Shown here piece by piece: positions 22,626-35,790 of a stretch of DNA of 64,000 bases; the stretch's first letter is position 1, and every line of letters starts with the position of its first letter. Under the pieces are notes generated by a model. It did no database searches. It worked only from the letters and a program-made list of their open reading frames with translations, and was not told where the DNA came from. Made by a program: the position numbers and the translations under genes. The DNA comes from Cenococcum geophilum (Eukaryota), in the NCBI GenBank assembly GCA_050273025.1, contig CP158635.1:15004001-15068000 (forward strand). The letters run 5' to 3'.

Positions 22626-25600
22626 TATTATAAAACGAGGGTAGTGGCTATAGAGCGTATGTATTTAAGGAGTCTATAAAATATTACGTAATCAATTATA
22701 AGGGCCGAGGGCGTAAGGAGGTAATATACCTACGCGTAGCTAATATAAGCTATACGCGAGGTATATATAAAAGCACGGGGCTCTCCTATAAAGGCCCTAC
22801 GGTAGGGTTCCGTAACACTACCCCCCCCTTCTATAAAGGTAGAGCTCCGGCGACGTTATGGTTACTATATATATATAAAAGGGACACTTAAGGTATAGAA
22901 AAGAAGAAAGGGGAGTATCACTAAAGGTTTAAAACAACGTTATATAATAAGGCTTAGCATCTAAGAATCTAACTAATTAAATAACTTTAACTGCCAGTTA
23001 AAGTTCCTAAATATTTTAACGATATTTTAGTTACGTAATTATACTTTACTACAATTTAACGGTAATTTGCCCTTATATAGTAATATATAACGGTTTAACT
23101 CTATAAGGGCTCCTATAGAGGATTAGGTATAAAATCTCTACTTAAACCCGGTTTCTGTAGGTTTATATAGTAAAAGTTACTAATTAGATCCTTTATATTT
23201 TTAAAGTTTTCTTATAATTACTATTCTGGCTAATTTATATTAAATCCTATATATATAGCTCTGTAGTAGAGTTATTATCCTTTACCTTTACTAAAGTATT
23301 TAGAGTTAATAATTTATTTAATAGTCCACTCCTTATAGTTCTCGTCTTCGTTCTTATCTTAGATTAATACTAGTAGAGGTTTAGGCTATATCTGCCATAG
23401 TAAGGGGTTTAGCTAATAGAGGTATAGTAGCTATAGGTAAAATATAGGCTATATCCCACAGGTAGTTAGGGTAGGTAGGAGTTCTAGCTTATATACGGCT
23501 CCCCTATTAATAACTTATTTAATTAAATAGGGGCTAAGGTTTTTATAATTAAGTGACTTTATAGGCCTCTATATAGAGATATTATGTGTATTTAGCTATA
23601 CCTAGTCGCTAACACGTATCTCCGGTGGTGGCGTTTTATAGTAGTTAGCGAAGTAGGCTTACTTTGCTTAAGCCTAGGCCATTTCTTCCTTATAGTAGTC
23701 GAGTAGATTTTTTATATAGTCTATATGCTAGTCGGCAAGTAGCATTTTAAGGCGTTTTCTATATAGTAGTTTCTTATTAATAGGTTCTGGTGGCTCTATA
23801 CTAGATTAGGGGTAATAACCCTTATTTACAAAGAATGGGGTAAGTCCTATAGTAGTTAAGATATAGTTATTTACTGCAAATTCACCTAATAGGAGGTAAT
23901 TTACCTAGTTATCTTAACTATAGGCGACTACCTATTGTAGGTACGCTTTTATACTAGCATTAGCGTTTTCTAGTTGCCTAGTAGTTTTATAGTAGAAGGA
24001 TATAGATATCTTAATAGAGATACTAAGGCGTTGGCAGATTCGTCTCTATATATTAGAGTTAAATTATATACCTTAGTTAGACGTAATTAAATTAGGTAAC
24101 CTATATAGTCGGTAAACTTCGTAAAGGAAGGCGTTAGTAATGTTGCTAACGGCTATACCTTTAGTTAGGACGTAGTGGCGCTCTTTTATAAGTTAGTATA
24201 TTATTATAAGGATGTTCTTATAGGTACGGCCGTATTGTTTATAGGGTAGTAGGTTAATAATAAAATCTATAGCAATATCTGCCTATTATTATATAGGCAC
24301 TAGTAGAGGGTATAGTAGTCCTTAATACTTTATATTAAAGGCCTTAGCGCGCTTATAACTATAGTAAATACCTATAAAGTATTTAACTAAGTTTATTATT
24401 TTTAGCTAGAAATAATATTGGCTAAGAAGCTTATAGGTTTCTCTTTTACCTAGATAGCCGCTTAATTAGAGGTTATAGGCTATTTAGATTAGTTGCCGTT
24501 ATAAAATTTCTAAATTAGGGATAAATAGGCGACCTTTATAGTAGAGCCTATTTTCTTTTACTTCTAAGGCTGCTATATTAATCTAGCCTAAGCTTTAGAG
24601 GTTAGTAGGTAGTGTATAGACGCTAGCAGTCTTTATGGTAATAAGTTAATATAGTAATAAGTTAATAGAGGTGTTTTATACCGTAGTAATAAGCTTATTA
24701 ATTTTAAGAGGTAACTTTAGTTCTATAGTATAAAGCTAAGATATAGTTAGCTTTATTATAGGTAGTATACCTAAGGCTAAATTTTATACTTTTAGGATTA
24801 TTTATTATTAGAACTAATTATAGGGGTTATTTTTAAACTAAGGAAGGTCTTATAAGCAGCGTATTAGGTTATTAGGTTTAATACCTTATACTTTTAGTCT
24901 ATATATAATTTTAAAGTTAAAACTAGAAAGGAACTTATTTTAATATACTTAGCGTTAGTTTAGCTATTTTATAGTTATAAAGTACTTAAAGTTATAATAG
25001 TCTATAAGGACTTTAGTTAGCTAGTTAGGCTTTACTAAAAAAAGTTCTAATTAGAATTTTTTAAACGCTTATATAATTATAAGGAGTTCTTTATTATAGA
25101 TTTTATAGTTATACTCTTATAGTATAAGCTTAGATAAGTAGAATATAACTAGGTAAAAAAAACTATTATTATCTATTTAGGAAAGGATGCCTATATTAAC
25201 ATAGTTTAAGGAGTTAGTTTTAAGATAGAGTTATTATCCTAGTATAAAGTAGGCTAGGATAGGTACTTTAGTAAAGGCATTTTTAAGGTTTTAGAACGCC
25301 TTCTTATATTTAGGTGTCTAGGTAAAGCGTAAATATATTTTTCTTCCTTTTATAAAGAGGCCCTTTATTTATATTATTGCTATAAATAGTGCTATTACGC
25401 CTAAGAAGTTATATATAAATTTTTAATAGAAGTTAGTAAAACTAAGGAAGGCTTATATATATCCTTAATATAGTTAGGGGCTTGCTATTTAGTAATTATA
25501 TATATCTTCTTAGGGTCTATATAAACACTCTTAATAGTAATAATTAGTTTAAGGTATTTTACTTCTATAACTAAGAATTTATATTTCTTTAAATTAATAT

Positions 25601-28600
25601 AAAGTCCTACATCCCTAAGGCGCTATAGGACCTTTTAAACGTGTTTAGTATACTTAAAAGGGTTATTATTATAAATAAGTATATCGTCTAGGTACGCGGA
25701 GTAGAAGTTATTAAGGTAGTCCTATAAGGCGTTATTAATATAGCTTATAAGGTACCTGGGCTATTATATATACTAAAGGGTATAATAATATATTTAAATT
25801 AGCTAAAGCGCAATATAAATATAGTTTTCTATTTATTACCTTTCTGTATTTAAAGATAGTTAAAGGCGGCGATAATATTAAGCTTAGTTAAGCTGCTTAA
25901 GGGTCTCCCGTATAAGCGGTACTAGGTATTAGTTTTTAATTATAATAGCGTTAAGTCCTTTATAGTTAACGTAGAATTAAATACCTCCTTTTAGCTTCTT
26001 AGTAAGAAGGATAGGGGCGGCTGCTAGTAATATACTAGGATAAATAAACCCTTTATTAAGGTGCTTATTAATATACTTTCTTATAACTAAAAGTTTATCT
26101 TTTAATATTAAGTAGGGTTTCTTATAAAGTAGTATTTTTCCTTATTTAATATTAATAGTATAGTTATTAGGTTAATGTGGGGGGAGTATATCTGCGCCCT
26201 TTTATAAGCATATATTAATAAAGTTATAGTATCTCTTAGGAAGGAGCTTACGGAGTTCTTTATTAGTAAATCATTTTTTAAGTTTTATAAACTTCTTAAA
26301 GTCTAAAGGTAAAAGTCTATAAAGTTTTATAGAGGCGTTATTTTCTAAAAGGTTAACTATATCTATTCTATTACTATAGAGGACGTAGTCCTATTCTTTA
26401 TTAAGCTTATATAGTTATAATTAAAAAGCTATAGCAACGGTCTAGCCTTTCCTACGTACTATACAGTAGAAGGCTGCGGTACTTATATAGTAGTAGTTAA
26501 TTATAGGTAGGGTAATAAGGGGTTTCTTAGGTTAATATCCTGGTAAGTAAATAAAGGCGGCTAGGCTATATCCTAGGTAAGTCTCTCTATAGTATTTAGA
26601 GTTAAAAGTTGCTTCTTTCTTTTTCCAGTTAATAGCGGGGTTATATTATTTAAGCTAGCTCATTCTAAGAATAATAGGGTAGTTGGTAAGTAGTATAATA
26701 TAGGCCTAAAGCTCTTTCTGGTGCCTGTTTATATCTAAGTAAAGTTATACTATATAGGTAATCTTTTATACGGTATAACTACTATTAGCGAGTTATAGGG
26801 CGCGGGCTTTAGTAAGGGGTAAGGTAGATAGGTTATAAGTATATATAAGTTAAGTATCTATAAATTAGTTAATAGCTCTATAGTTAATTATAAAACGGCT
26901 TTTATATTACTTTATGGCAGTAGTTCCTATTATAGGTAAAGCTATCTATTTCCGTCCGTTTATTTTTACTAAGTTATCTATTAAGTAGGCCGATATATAG
27001 ATCCCTCTATTATTAGGGCGTCTTAACCTATAACTTAGGGCTAGGATTTAGCGTTTTCCATCTCCACATCTAATTCTACTACTATTACTATATCTTTATC
27101 TTATATGGTAGTAGCGCGTAGCGATATATTTAGTATTTAGGGTATTAGGTTAGGTATTAGGCGGTAGGTACTAAACCTAGCTATTAGGCAGTTTAGGTTA
27201 TTATAATAACAGCCTTTTTAACGGCATCTATAGCAGCGTCCTAATTTCTAAAGTAGCTCGCGCTCTCCATCTAGGAGTTTTTACAGAAAAGTTAGTATAG
27301 AGAGGTTAATATTAGCTCCAGTAGCACCTAAAGTAGTAGGTGTCGGTGGCTTAGTATATATAGGTTTAGTAGGCCTAGAGAGCTTCTATAGAAAGGTCTT
27401 TAAGCAAGAGTTAGCAGTAGTAATCTAATTTAGTTATCGTTTAATCTTCTATAGGGCTGCTACTATCTTATAAACATCGTTATAGTTATAGCTAGCGGCT
27501 ACGTAACTAAGGCAATAAGTAACTTTTTTAAGGAGATCCTTTTAGTTTTTAGTATCGTCTTAGGCAAGGGCTTCGGTATATTCCTAGAATTTAATATAAA
27601 ACTTATTAAATAATTTAGTAGGGCTTATCTTTAGGGTATATAGTTTAGCTTAGTTGGTGGCTAGTAGGTTATAGTTATAGTACATTAGGTTAAGATTATT
27701 AAGGACTTCTTAGTAAGACTGCCACTTTTATAGGCTACTAGTCTCCTATTAGGCGAAGAGTCTATTAAATAGTATACCCTTTATTCGCCCGATAATATAG
27801 CTAATCTTAATATCTTCTATAGGAAAAAGGTAGGCACTCTAAGTTAGTTTCTTACGGATTTATATCTTCTAGTAGCTATATTCCTTATAATCTCCTTAAA
27901 AAACTAGGGGATTAGGATAGCGTATATTAGATCCTACGGTAGCAGTTTAAGTCTAATTATTATAGCTTTTATTATTGCTGCTTTAGTAGGGATTCCTATT
28001 AGGTAAAGCTGCTTAGCGCTGACCCTCTATTAAGCGTTAAGTAGGTGAAGTTACCAGGGGCGTAAAGACTTAGGTGGCGTTATATATAGTAAAAAGGTAT
28101 CTAGTATTATTACAAATATACTTATTAAGCTAAGATTATAGATATTTAATTATGCCTTTTTTTAGTAACTATAGCAATTAGTGCAATCTTATTCTTCTTT
28201 AACTATTAGATGTCGCGTTTAGACATACAAAGGTTATCTTTAGTTTCTTAACGTATATTATCAGCGAGCGCCTTATAAGCTTATAGGTCTTAGATAATAT
28301 TACAATCTTAGGTAGTATACATCTTAGCTTATATAAGCTTTAGGTAGTAGTTCTATAGAAGGCGGTAGTATTTATTAGGGTTTTATGCTACTATTTTTAT
28401 AAACGTCTCGGCGTCTTGTATTTTAATTTTAATAGGTAATAGCCCTTCTATTTACTTGTCCGTAGTTATATAGTTAATAAAAGATAAGACATTATTAGTG
28501 TCTATCTCCTTAGGGGTTAGGGCTAATAAATTAAATTCTCCTAGGATTAATTGGCGTCGTAGGTTAAGTATAGGTATTAGATTATTCTTTAGGTTTAATA

Positions 28601-28951
28601 TAGTAGCTAATAAGGAATATTATCTTACTATTATGGGTTCCTTAGAAGTATAAAGTAAGGTAATTTATAGATACGCTACTTCTAGTAGCGTCTATAGTAT
28701 TATAAAGACGTAGAATTAGTTATAGGCTAAGCGTTAGTAGTAAAAAGGCATAATGTAATGTTATAAAACGAGGGCAGTAGCTATAGAGCGTATGTATTTA
28801 AGGAGTCTATAAAACGTTACGCGATTAATCGTAAGGGTTAAGGGCGTAAGGAGGTAATATACCTACGCGTAGCTGACATAAGCTGTACGTAAGGTGTACG
28901 TAAGAGCATGGGGCTCTCCTATGGAGGCCCCTATGGTGGGGTTCTGTAACA
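22626..28951 (-). mobile_element. Second copy of the G1 family in reverse orientation (G2), apparently full length
   Basis: Reverse-complement LTRs at 22626-22817 and 28759-28951, polypurine tract next to 22818. The internal region is collinear with G1 on the opposite strand. Confidence 0.9.
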
Positions 28952-31900
28952 CCTTTAATATATAGCAAATTAATATATTACGCTCTTATAAAGATATGGA
29001 TAGGCGAATACCTTAAATATATTTCCCTATTTATAACACCCTTAAAGTATTATAAGGTAATACTTAGATACGGATAGCTAAAATAATATAACCCTTTAAT
29101 TAGCTAGGTTAAAGAAACACTAAAATTCCGTATAACTTACTACTGAAGTTATTACTTAAAACACTACTTGCCCTATAAATATATATATAACTATTTAAAT
29201 TTAATATAATATAAATTGCCCTTACTATAAACCTTAAACTAATATAATAAAGTTATAACTGCTAATTATAGTAAAGAATGCGAAGATAATATATTAAAAC
29301 CCCTTAAAATATATATGGTATAAGCCGCACCCTTTTACTTATTAGTAAGAAAATAAAACTATAAGATCTTTGCTATAACACTAGAAGATATTAAAAAAGC
29401 GTTAAAACCGAAGCAATATATTAACCCCCAACCTTTTATATTTAAAGAATATTATAATCTAATTAATACATTTAAGAAACAATTTATAAACTAACTACCC
29501 CCGTATTAAGACGAGTATAATTTTAAGATAGAACTTAAACCTAGTATAATGTTAAAGTTCGGCCCGTTATACGGTATGTTATAAGAAGAGCTGCTTATAA
29601 TGTAATAATACCTTAAAGAGCACCTAGAAAAAGGATTTATTCGCCCTAGTTAATTACTATTTACCTTATTTATACTATTTATTAAGAAACCTAAAGGAGG
29701 CTTAAGGTTCTATATTAATTATTAAGCCCTAAATGCAATTACGATTTAAAACCAATATCTAATTCCTCTACTTTAAGAAACGTTTAACTACTTAGTAAAA
29801 GTATAATACTTTATAAAGCTTAACGTAGTTACTGCCTTTAATTAAATCCGTATTTATAAAGGAGATAAGAAATATACGGCTTTCTGTATATAATGGGGAC
29901 TTTTTAAATACCTAGTAATGCCGTTTAGTGTAAAAAACGGTCCTAGTACGTTTTAGTAATACGTTAATAATACGCTTCGCGAATTCCTTAATGTATTTAT
30001 TACCGCGTATATTAATAATATCTTAATTTACTCGTCTTTGCTTTTTAAGTATTAAAAGCACATTTAAATAGTCCTTAAACGCCTGTAAGACGCGGGCTTA
30101 TAATACGATATTAAGAAATACAAGTTCCATGCGTCTAAAGTTACGTACTTAGGCCTAATTATATCTCGCGATGGAATTAAAATAGACCTTAAGAAAATCG
30201 CTATAATTATAAACTAGGAAAGTCCTAGTAGTATATAAGATATCTAAGGATTTCTACTATTAATTTATTAATTACTTCTTAAAAATTATTTAGCTATTAG
30301 TAAACTTAATAAGGAAGAATATAAGATTTAAATAGACTACTAAATGCGAATAAGCTTTTAACGACCTAAAATATTATTTTACAACTGCTCTAATTCTCGC
30401 CTACTTTAATCCGGATCTTAAATATATTATTAAAACAGACTTATCTAATTATGCACTAGAAGGAGGATTATCGCAATATAATAAGAACGGCAAGCTATAC
30501 CTAGTAGCCTTTCTCTCCCAGAAACTTACCCCTGCTAAATTAAACTATAAGATATATAATAAGGAACTACTTATAATTATTAGATGCTTTAAATAATAGC
30601 GTTCAGAATTTAAAGGATTATTATTCCTAATACGCGTATTAACAGACTATAAAAACCTATAGTACTTTATAACTATAAAGCAATTAATATAGCGCCAAAT
30701 TTGTTAGGCTAAAAACCTCTTATAATTTAACTTTAAGATTATATACTAACCTAGCAAACTTAATTAGAAGCCTAACTTATTAATATAATAATTATAGGAC
30801 TTACCTATAAACGCCTTTAATAAACGGATTATAAATTAATCGCGAATTTTACTGCCCCCTAAACGCTTTAAGAAACTACGCCCTATATTTTTAGACGCGG
30901 AGCTTAATAGGAATAAATTAGAAATTAATAAATTAATAGAACACGAATATAAGAATAACCCCTAAATAGTAAATATAATAAAAGCGATTTAAATAGGGAA
31001 ACGGCAATATAAGGACATTACACTCGCTAAATGTAAAATTTGTAATAATTAGGTATACTATTAATAGAAGATAGTAGTCCCAAATTCTAAACCCTTATAA
31101 TTTAAGATACTCGAATTTGTATATAATTCCCCTATAATAGGGCATCCTAGCTATATAAAGACCTATAAGATTATCTAATAAGTATATTACTGGCCTATAA
31201 TGTATAACTATATACGAAAATATGTTTAAGTATATAAAATGTGCGTGTATGGAAAGACCTCTTATATAAAGAAGTAAGGAGTACTTTAACCGTTGCTAAT
31301 TCTAATACAAAGATAGCGAGATATCTTAATTAACTTTATAGTCGACCTGCCTAATAGTAATAGGTTTACAAATATTATAGTAGTTATTAACCGTCTTATA
31401 AAAATGCGATATACAATTCCTATAGACTTAATTAATATAATATTAGTAGCCGAATGTTTTATTAAGTACGTCTTTAAGCTATATAGACTTTTTAATTTAA
31501 TAATATCTAACTACGGAAGCTAGTTTATTTTAGACTTCTGGTAAGCCCTATATAAACAATTAAGTATATAAATATAACTCTTAACTGTATTTTATTTAGA
31601 GATAGATAGTTAAACTAAAATTGCGAACGTAATTATAGAATAATACCTATAAATATACTGCTCCTACCTATAAGACAACTAGGAAAAGTGGCTACCGTTA
31701 GCTAAGTTTACTATAAATAATACGAGAAACGAATTAATAGGCGTAACGCCGTTCTACGCAACCTACGGATAAGACCCTTAACTTAGATTTAAACTATAAC
31801 CCGAAATTAATATAATAGGACCTATAATTAAGAGGATTTAACTAATTAACGTATATAACTTTGCTAATTAAATAAAGCAGTTAACGGAACTATTATAAAG

Positions 31901-33115
31901 TAAATTAGAATACGCTTAAACGGTATAGGAATAGCATATAAATAAAGGATAAGCTCCCGCGTGGGACTTTAAGGAAGGTAATATAGTTTACCTAAATATA
32001 TAAAACCTAAAGACTTAATAACCCTTAAAGAAACTAGACTGGAAGTTTATGGGTTTATACTAAGTTAAGAAGAAACTAAGCCTGTACGCTTATAAACTTA
32101 AACTGCTAACTAAGATAAAAATACATCTAATATTTTACGTAAACTTACTATAACCTTTAAAGGGTAAACCTATAACTTGCGAAGTACTACCGCTATCTCC
32201 TGTAATTATTAATAATGGTAATAGTTTTTACTTTATTAACTTAATTAATAATATGCGATAGAAGATATAATTTAAATAATTTAAACTTCTTATTAAATAG
32301 AAAGGATATAAAATATAAACTTAGGAAACCTATAATTAGATTAAGACTAACGCGCCTTCCCTAGTAAAAGAATTCTATAAAGACCATTCTTCGCGGCCTA
32401 CTCTGGCTAAATAGATATAATATAAAAGTAAATAATTACTACCTGATATAAATACACAAAATATAATAGTAGGAAGCTTAAAATTAAAAAAAACTTAAAA
32501 TATATTATAACGTTTATGATATAATTATGTAATACGTAAGATATTAAGGAACTTTAACCGCTGGTTAAAGTTGTCTAATTAGTTAGATTTGCCTTGCTAA
32601 GACCTACTATAAAGATATTAGTTCTACTTACCGCCCTAACTAAGCTAATAGCGATTTTTTATACCGGGTATAGAAAATCCTAATTAGTCTATTTACGATT
32701 AGAACTAGTAAAACTCTATACCGCCACTTAACGCGAAAATATAATACGCGATAAGTTATAAGTCTTAATTAAAATTAAATTATTTGGACCTTTAGCTAAA
32801 AGGGGGGTACTATAATGGGACTAGCCTAGTTATAGTAGGAATGTCTTAGTGAAACACTTAATAGATAAATTCCGACGCTTTAACCAAATTCTACTAAATT
32901 AATTAAATTTTACTAAAGTCCGTCAAAGACCGCGTGCGTATATACGCACGCATTGACCACTAAGCCCCTAACTATTTAATTATATAATTCTCTTATTATT
33001 CCCTTCTCTTCTTTACGCAACGTCTTGTTCTTAGCGAGAGCTATATACCCTTAGATTTAGATAGAATTTATATTATTCCTTTAAATCTTCCCTAAAGTCT
33101 TTCCGCGCCCTTATA
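28952..33115 (+). mobile_element. 5'-truncated Ty3/gypsy element of a different family (G3): RT-RH-IN-chromo relic plus probable 3' LTR (~32811-33115)
   Basis: AYINNILIY (~30005-30031, i.e. YIDDILIY), integrase GHP motif (~31140), polypurine tract aaaagggggg before 32811. No gag or 5' LTR present. Confidence 0.85.
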
Positions 33116-33602
33116 CTATAGTTATATAGTTAATAAAAGATAAGATATTATTAGTGTCTATCTCTTTAAGGGTTAAGGCTAGGGCTAATAATTTAAATTC
33201 TTCTAGGATTAATTAGCGTTATAGGTTAAGTATAGGTATTAGATTATTCTTTAGGTTTAATATAGTAGCTAGTAAGGAATATTATCTTACTATTATAGAT
33301 TCCTTAGAAGTATAAAGTAAGGTAATTTATAGATACGCTACTTTTAGTAGCGCCTATAGTATTATAGAGATATAAAATTGGTTATAGGCTAAGCGTTAGT
33401 AGTAAAAAGGCGTAACGTAATGTTATAGAATAAGGGTAATAGCTATAAAGCGTATGTATTTAAGGAGTCTATAAGACGTTACGCGATTAATTATAAAGGT
33501 TAAGGGCGTAAGGAGGTAATATACCTACGCGTAGCTAATATAAGGTATATATAAGAGCACGGGGCTCTCCTATAGAGGCCCCTATAGTAGGGTTCTATAA
33601 TA
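33116..33602 (-). mobile_element. Third G1-family fragment: 5' LTR (33421-33602) plus ~300 bp of leader/gag, reverse orientation
   Basis: Matches 28460-28951. Followed by AAAAC (33603-33607), which duplicates 22621-22625. Confidence 0.88.
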
Positions 33603-34500
33603 AAAACTGCTAGGTAACTAAAAAACGCTAATACCAGTATAAAAGCATACCTATAATAGGTAGTCGCCTATAGTTAAGATAACTAGGTAGATTACCTTTT
33701 ATTAAGCAAATTCGCAGTAAATAACTATGTCTTAACTACTATAAGACTTACTCTATTCTTTATAAATAAGAGTTATTACCCCTAATTTAGTATAGAGCTA
33801 CTAAAACCTATTAATAAGAAACTTCTATATAAAAAACGCCTTAAGATACTACTTACTAACTAGTATATAGACCGTATAAAAAATCTACTTAACTACTATA
33901 AGGGAGAAATAGCCTAGGCTTAAGTAAAGTAGGCTTACTTTACTAACTGCTATAAAACGCTACCACTAGAGATATATATTAGCGACTAGGTATAGCTAAA
34001 TATATATAATATCTCTATATAGAGGCCTATAAAGTCACTTAATTATAAGAACCTTAGCCCCTATTTAATTAAATAAGTTATTAATAGGGGAGCTGTATAT
34101 AAGCTAGAACTTTTACTTATTCCAGCCACCTATAGAATATAGCCTGTATTTTACCTATAGCTACTATACCTCTATTAGCTTAACCCCTTACTAAAGTAGA
34201 TATAGCCTAAACCCCTACTAGTACTAATTTAAGATAAGAATAAAGATAAAAACTATAAGAAGTAGACCATTAAATAAATTATTAACTTTAAATACTTTAG
34301 TAAAGGTAAAGAATAATGGCTTTACTACAGAGTTATATATATAGGATTTAATATAAATTAGCTAGAATAGCAACTATAGGAATACTTTAAAAATATAAAG
34401 GATTTAATTAGCAACTTTTATTATATAAACCTATAGAAACTAGGTTTAAGTAAAGATTTTATACTTAATTCTCTATAGGAGCCCTTATAAAGTTAAACCG
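33603..34500 (+). pseudogene. G1 integrase C-terminus and chromodomain relic
   Basis: Continues the reading interrupted at 22625. It is the reverse-complement counterpart of ~23090-23990 in G2. Confidence 0.8.
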
Positions 34501-35022
34501 TTATATATTATTACGTAAGGGTAAATTACCGTTAGATTATAGTAAAGTGCAATTATATAATTAGAATATTATTAAGATATCTAGGAACTTTAACTAGCGG
34601 TTAAAGTTATTTAATTAGTTAGATTTTTAGATACTAAGCCTTATTATATAATATTATTTTAAACCTTTAGTAATACCCCCCTTTCTTCTTTTCTATACCT
34701 TAAGTGTCCTTTTTATATATATATAGTAACTATAGCGTCGCCAGAGCTCCGCCTCTATAGGAGGGGGAGTAGTGTTATAAAACCCCACCGTAGGGGCCTC
34801 TATAGGAGAGCCCCGTGCTTTTACATACACCTCGCGTATAGCTTATGTTAGCTACGCGTAGGTATATTACCTCCTTACGCCCTTAACCCTTACAATCGAT
34901 CGCGCAACATCTTGTAAACTCCTCAAATATATACGCTCTATAGCCACTGCCCTTGTTCCGTGATATATAAATATCTAATTATCTTAAGATTTAGAAAATA
35001 GCTTAAATTCTACTAGTATAGT

Positions 35023-35513
35023 AATGTGCACGACCAGCTTTTACCTCCCCCCCCTTTAGCGAGTGCTCCAAAATTTTAAATTCGGTACGCGCATCTAATC
35101 TCGCTAGTAATTGTAGCGAACGGTTATAGCTACACGCAAGGACCATTTTGGTTGCCATGGAGAATTATTCTAGTTGGCCAGGAAAATCAAATTTAGAACT
35201 TACTTGACGACGCTCCCCTAATATATATTTCCTTAACGTACGCTTCCTCTTTTGCTTATGCCTCCGCCAAAACGCGAATATAAAGCCGTCTCCGCAATTG
35301 CCGATGAAATTTGGCAATGTTGTATGGGTGGAAACCTACGGTATTGACGAAGATCACGACACTACAAAACCAAAGTTCTTGCAGCCAAGCATGCGGCTTC
35401 GCTACAATTACTATATACAGTTGGTGGCGACCAGACGAGATTAGATGCGCGTACCGAATTTAAAATTTTGGAGCCCTCGCCGAAGGGGGGGGTGGAAGCT
35501 GGTCGTATACATC
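35023..35513. mobile_element. ~490-bp non-coding TIR element (M1)
   Basis: ~80-bp TIRs (atgtgcacgaccagctt...catctaatctcg) plus an inner inverted pair tagtaattgtagcgaa / ttcgctacaattacta. TSD not resolved. Confidence 0.8.
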
Positions 35514-35784
35514 AATAGTATGTCTACAGTTCGATTTATATAGCTGAATCAGCCGCTAAGTCACGATTTGGCAGGCAGGAGGCCCGTGCGCTTAGCGCTA
35601 TATGGATGTTACCCCTATCCACAGTCGATCTTCGATCGCCAGCAACGCCGCAGCAACGTCGCGCTCTTGATACCCGTTAAGCGGTATGCGTAGAGCTGTC
35701 CGAGGGCTCTTTACTCGCACTAAGATGGTAAAAATTAGCTATAGATTAATAGAGATATTTGTGTTTTAGATTAGGCGCCGCTAT
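35514..35784 (-). repeat. ~270-bp 'tail' segment, inverted copy upstream of Crypton 1
   Basis: Reverse complement of 44043-44314, 46983-47254 and 52976-53229. Same orientation as the copies at 53718, 59710 and 62632. Confidence 0.9.
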
Positions 35785-35790
35785 TATATA

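Larger units (their letters stand above)
15274..34965 (+). mobile_element. Ty3/gypsy chromovirus-like LTR retrotransposon G1 (outer element of the nest)
   Basis: Interrupted 5' LTR 15274-17823 (TG..CA), intact 3' LTR 34773-34965 preceded by a polypurine tract. Internal gag-PR-RT-RH-IN relic at 17824-22625 resumes at 33603. Confidence 0.9.
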
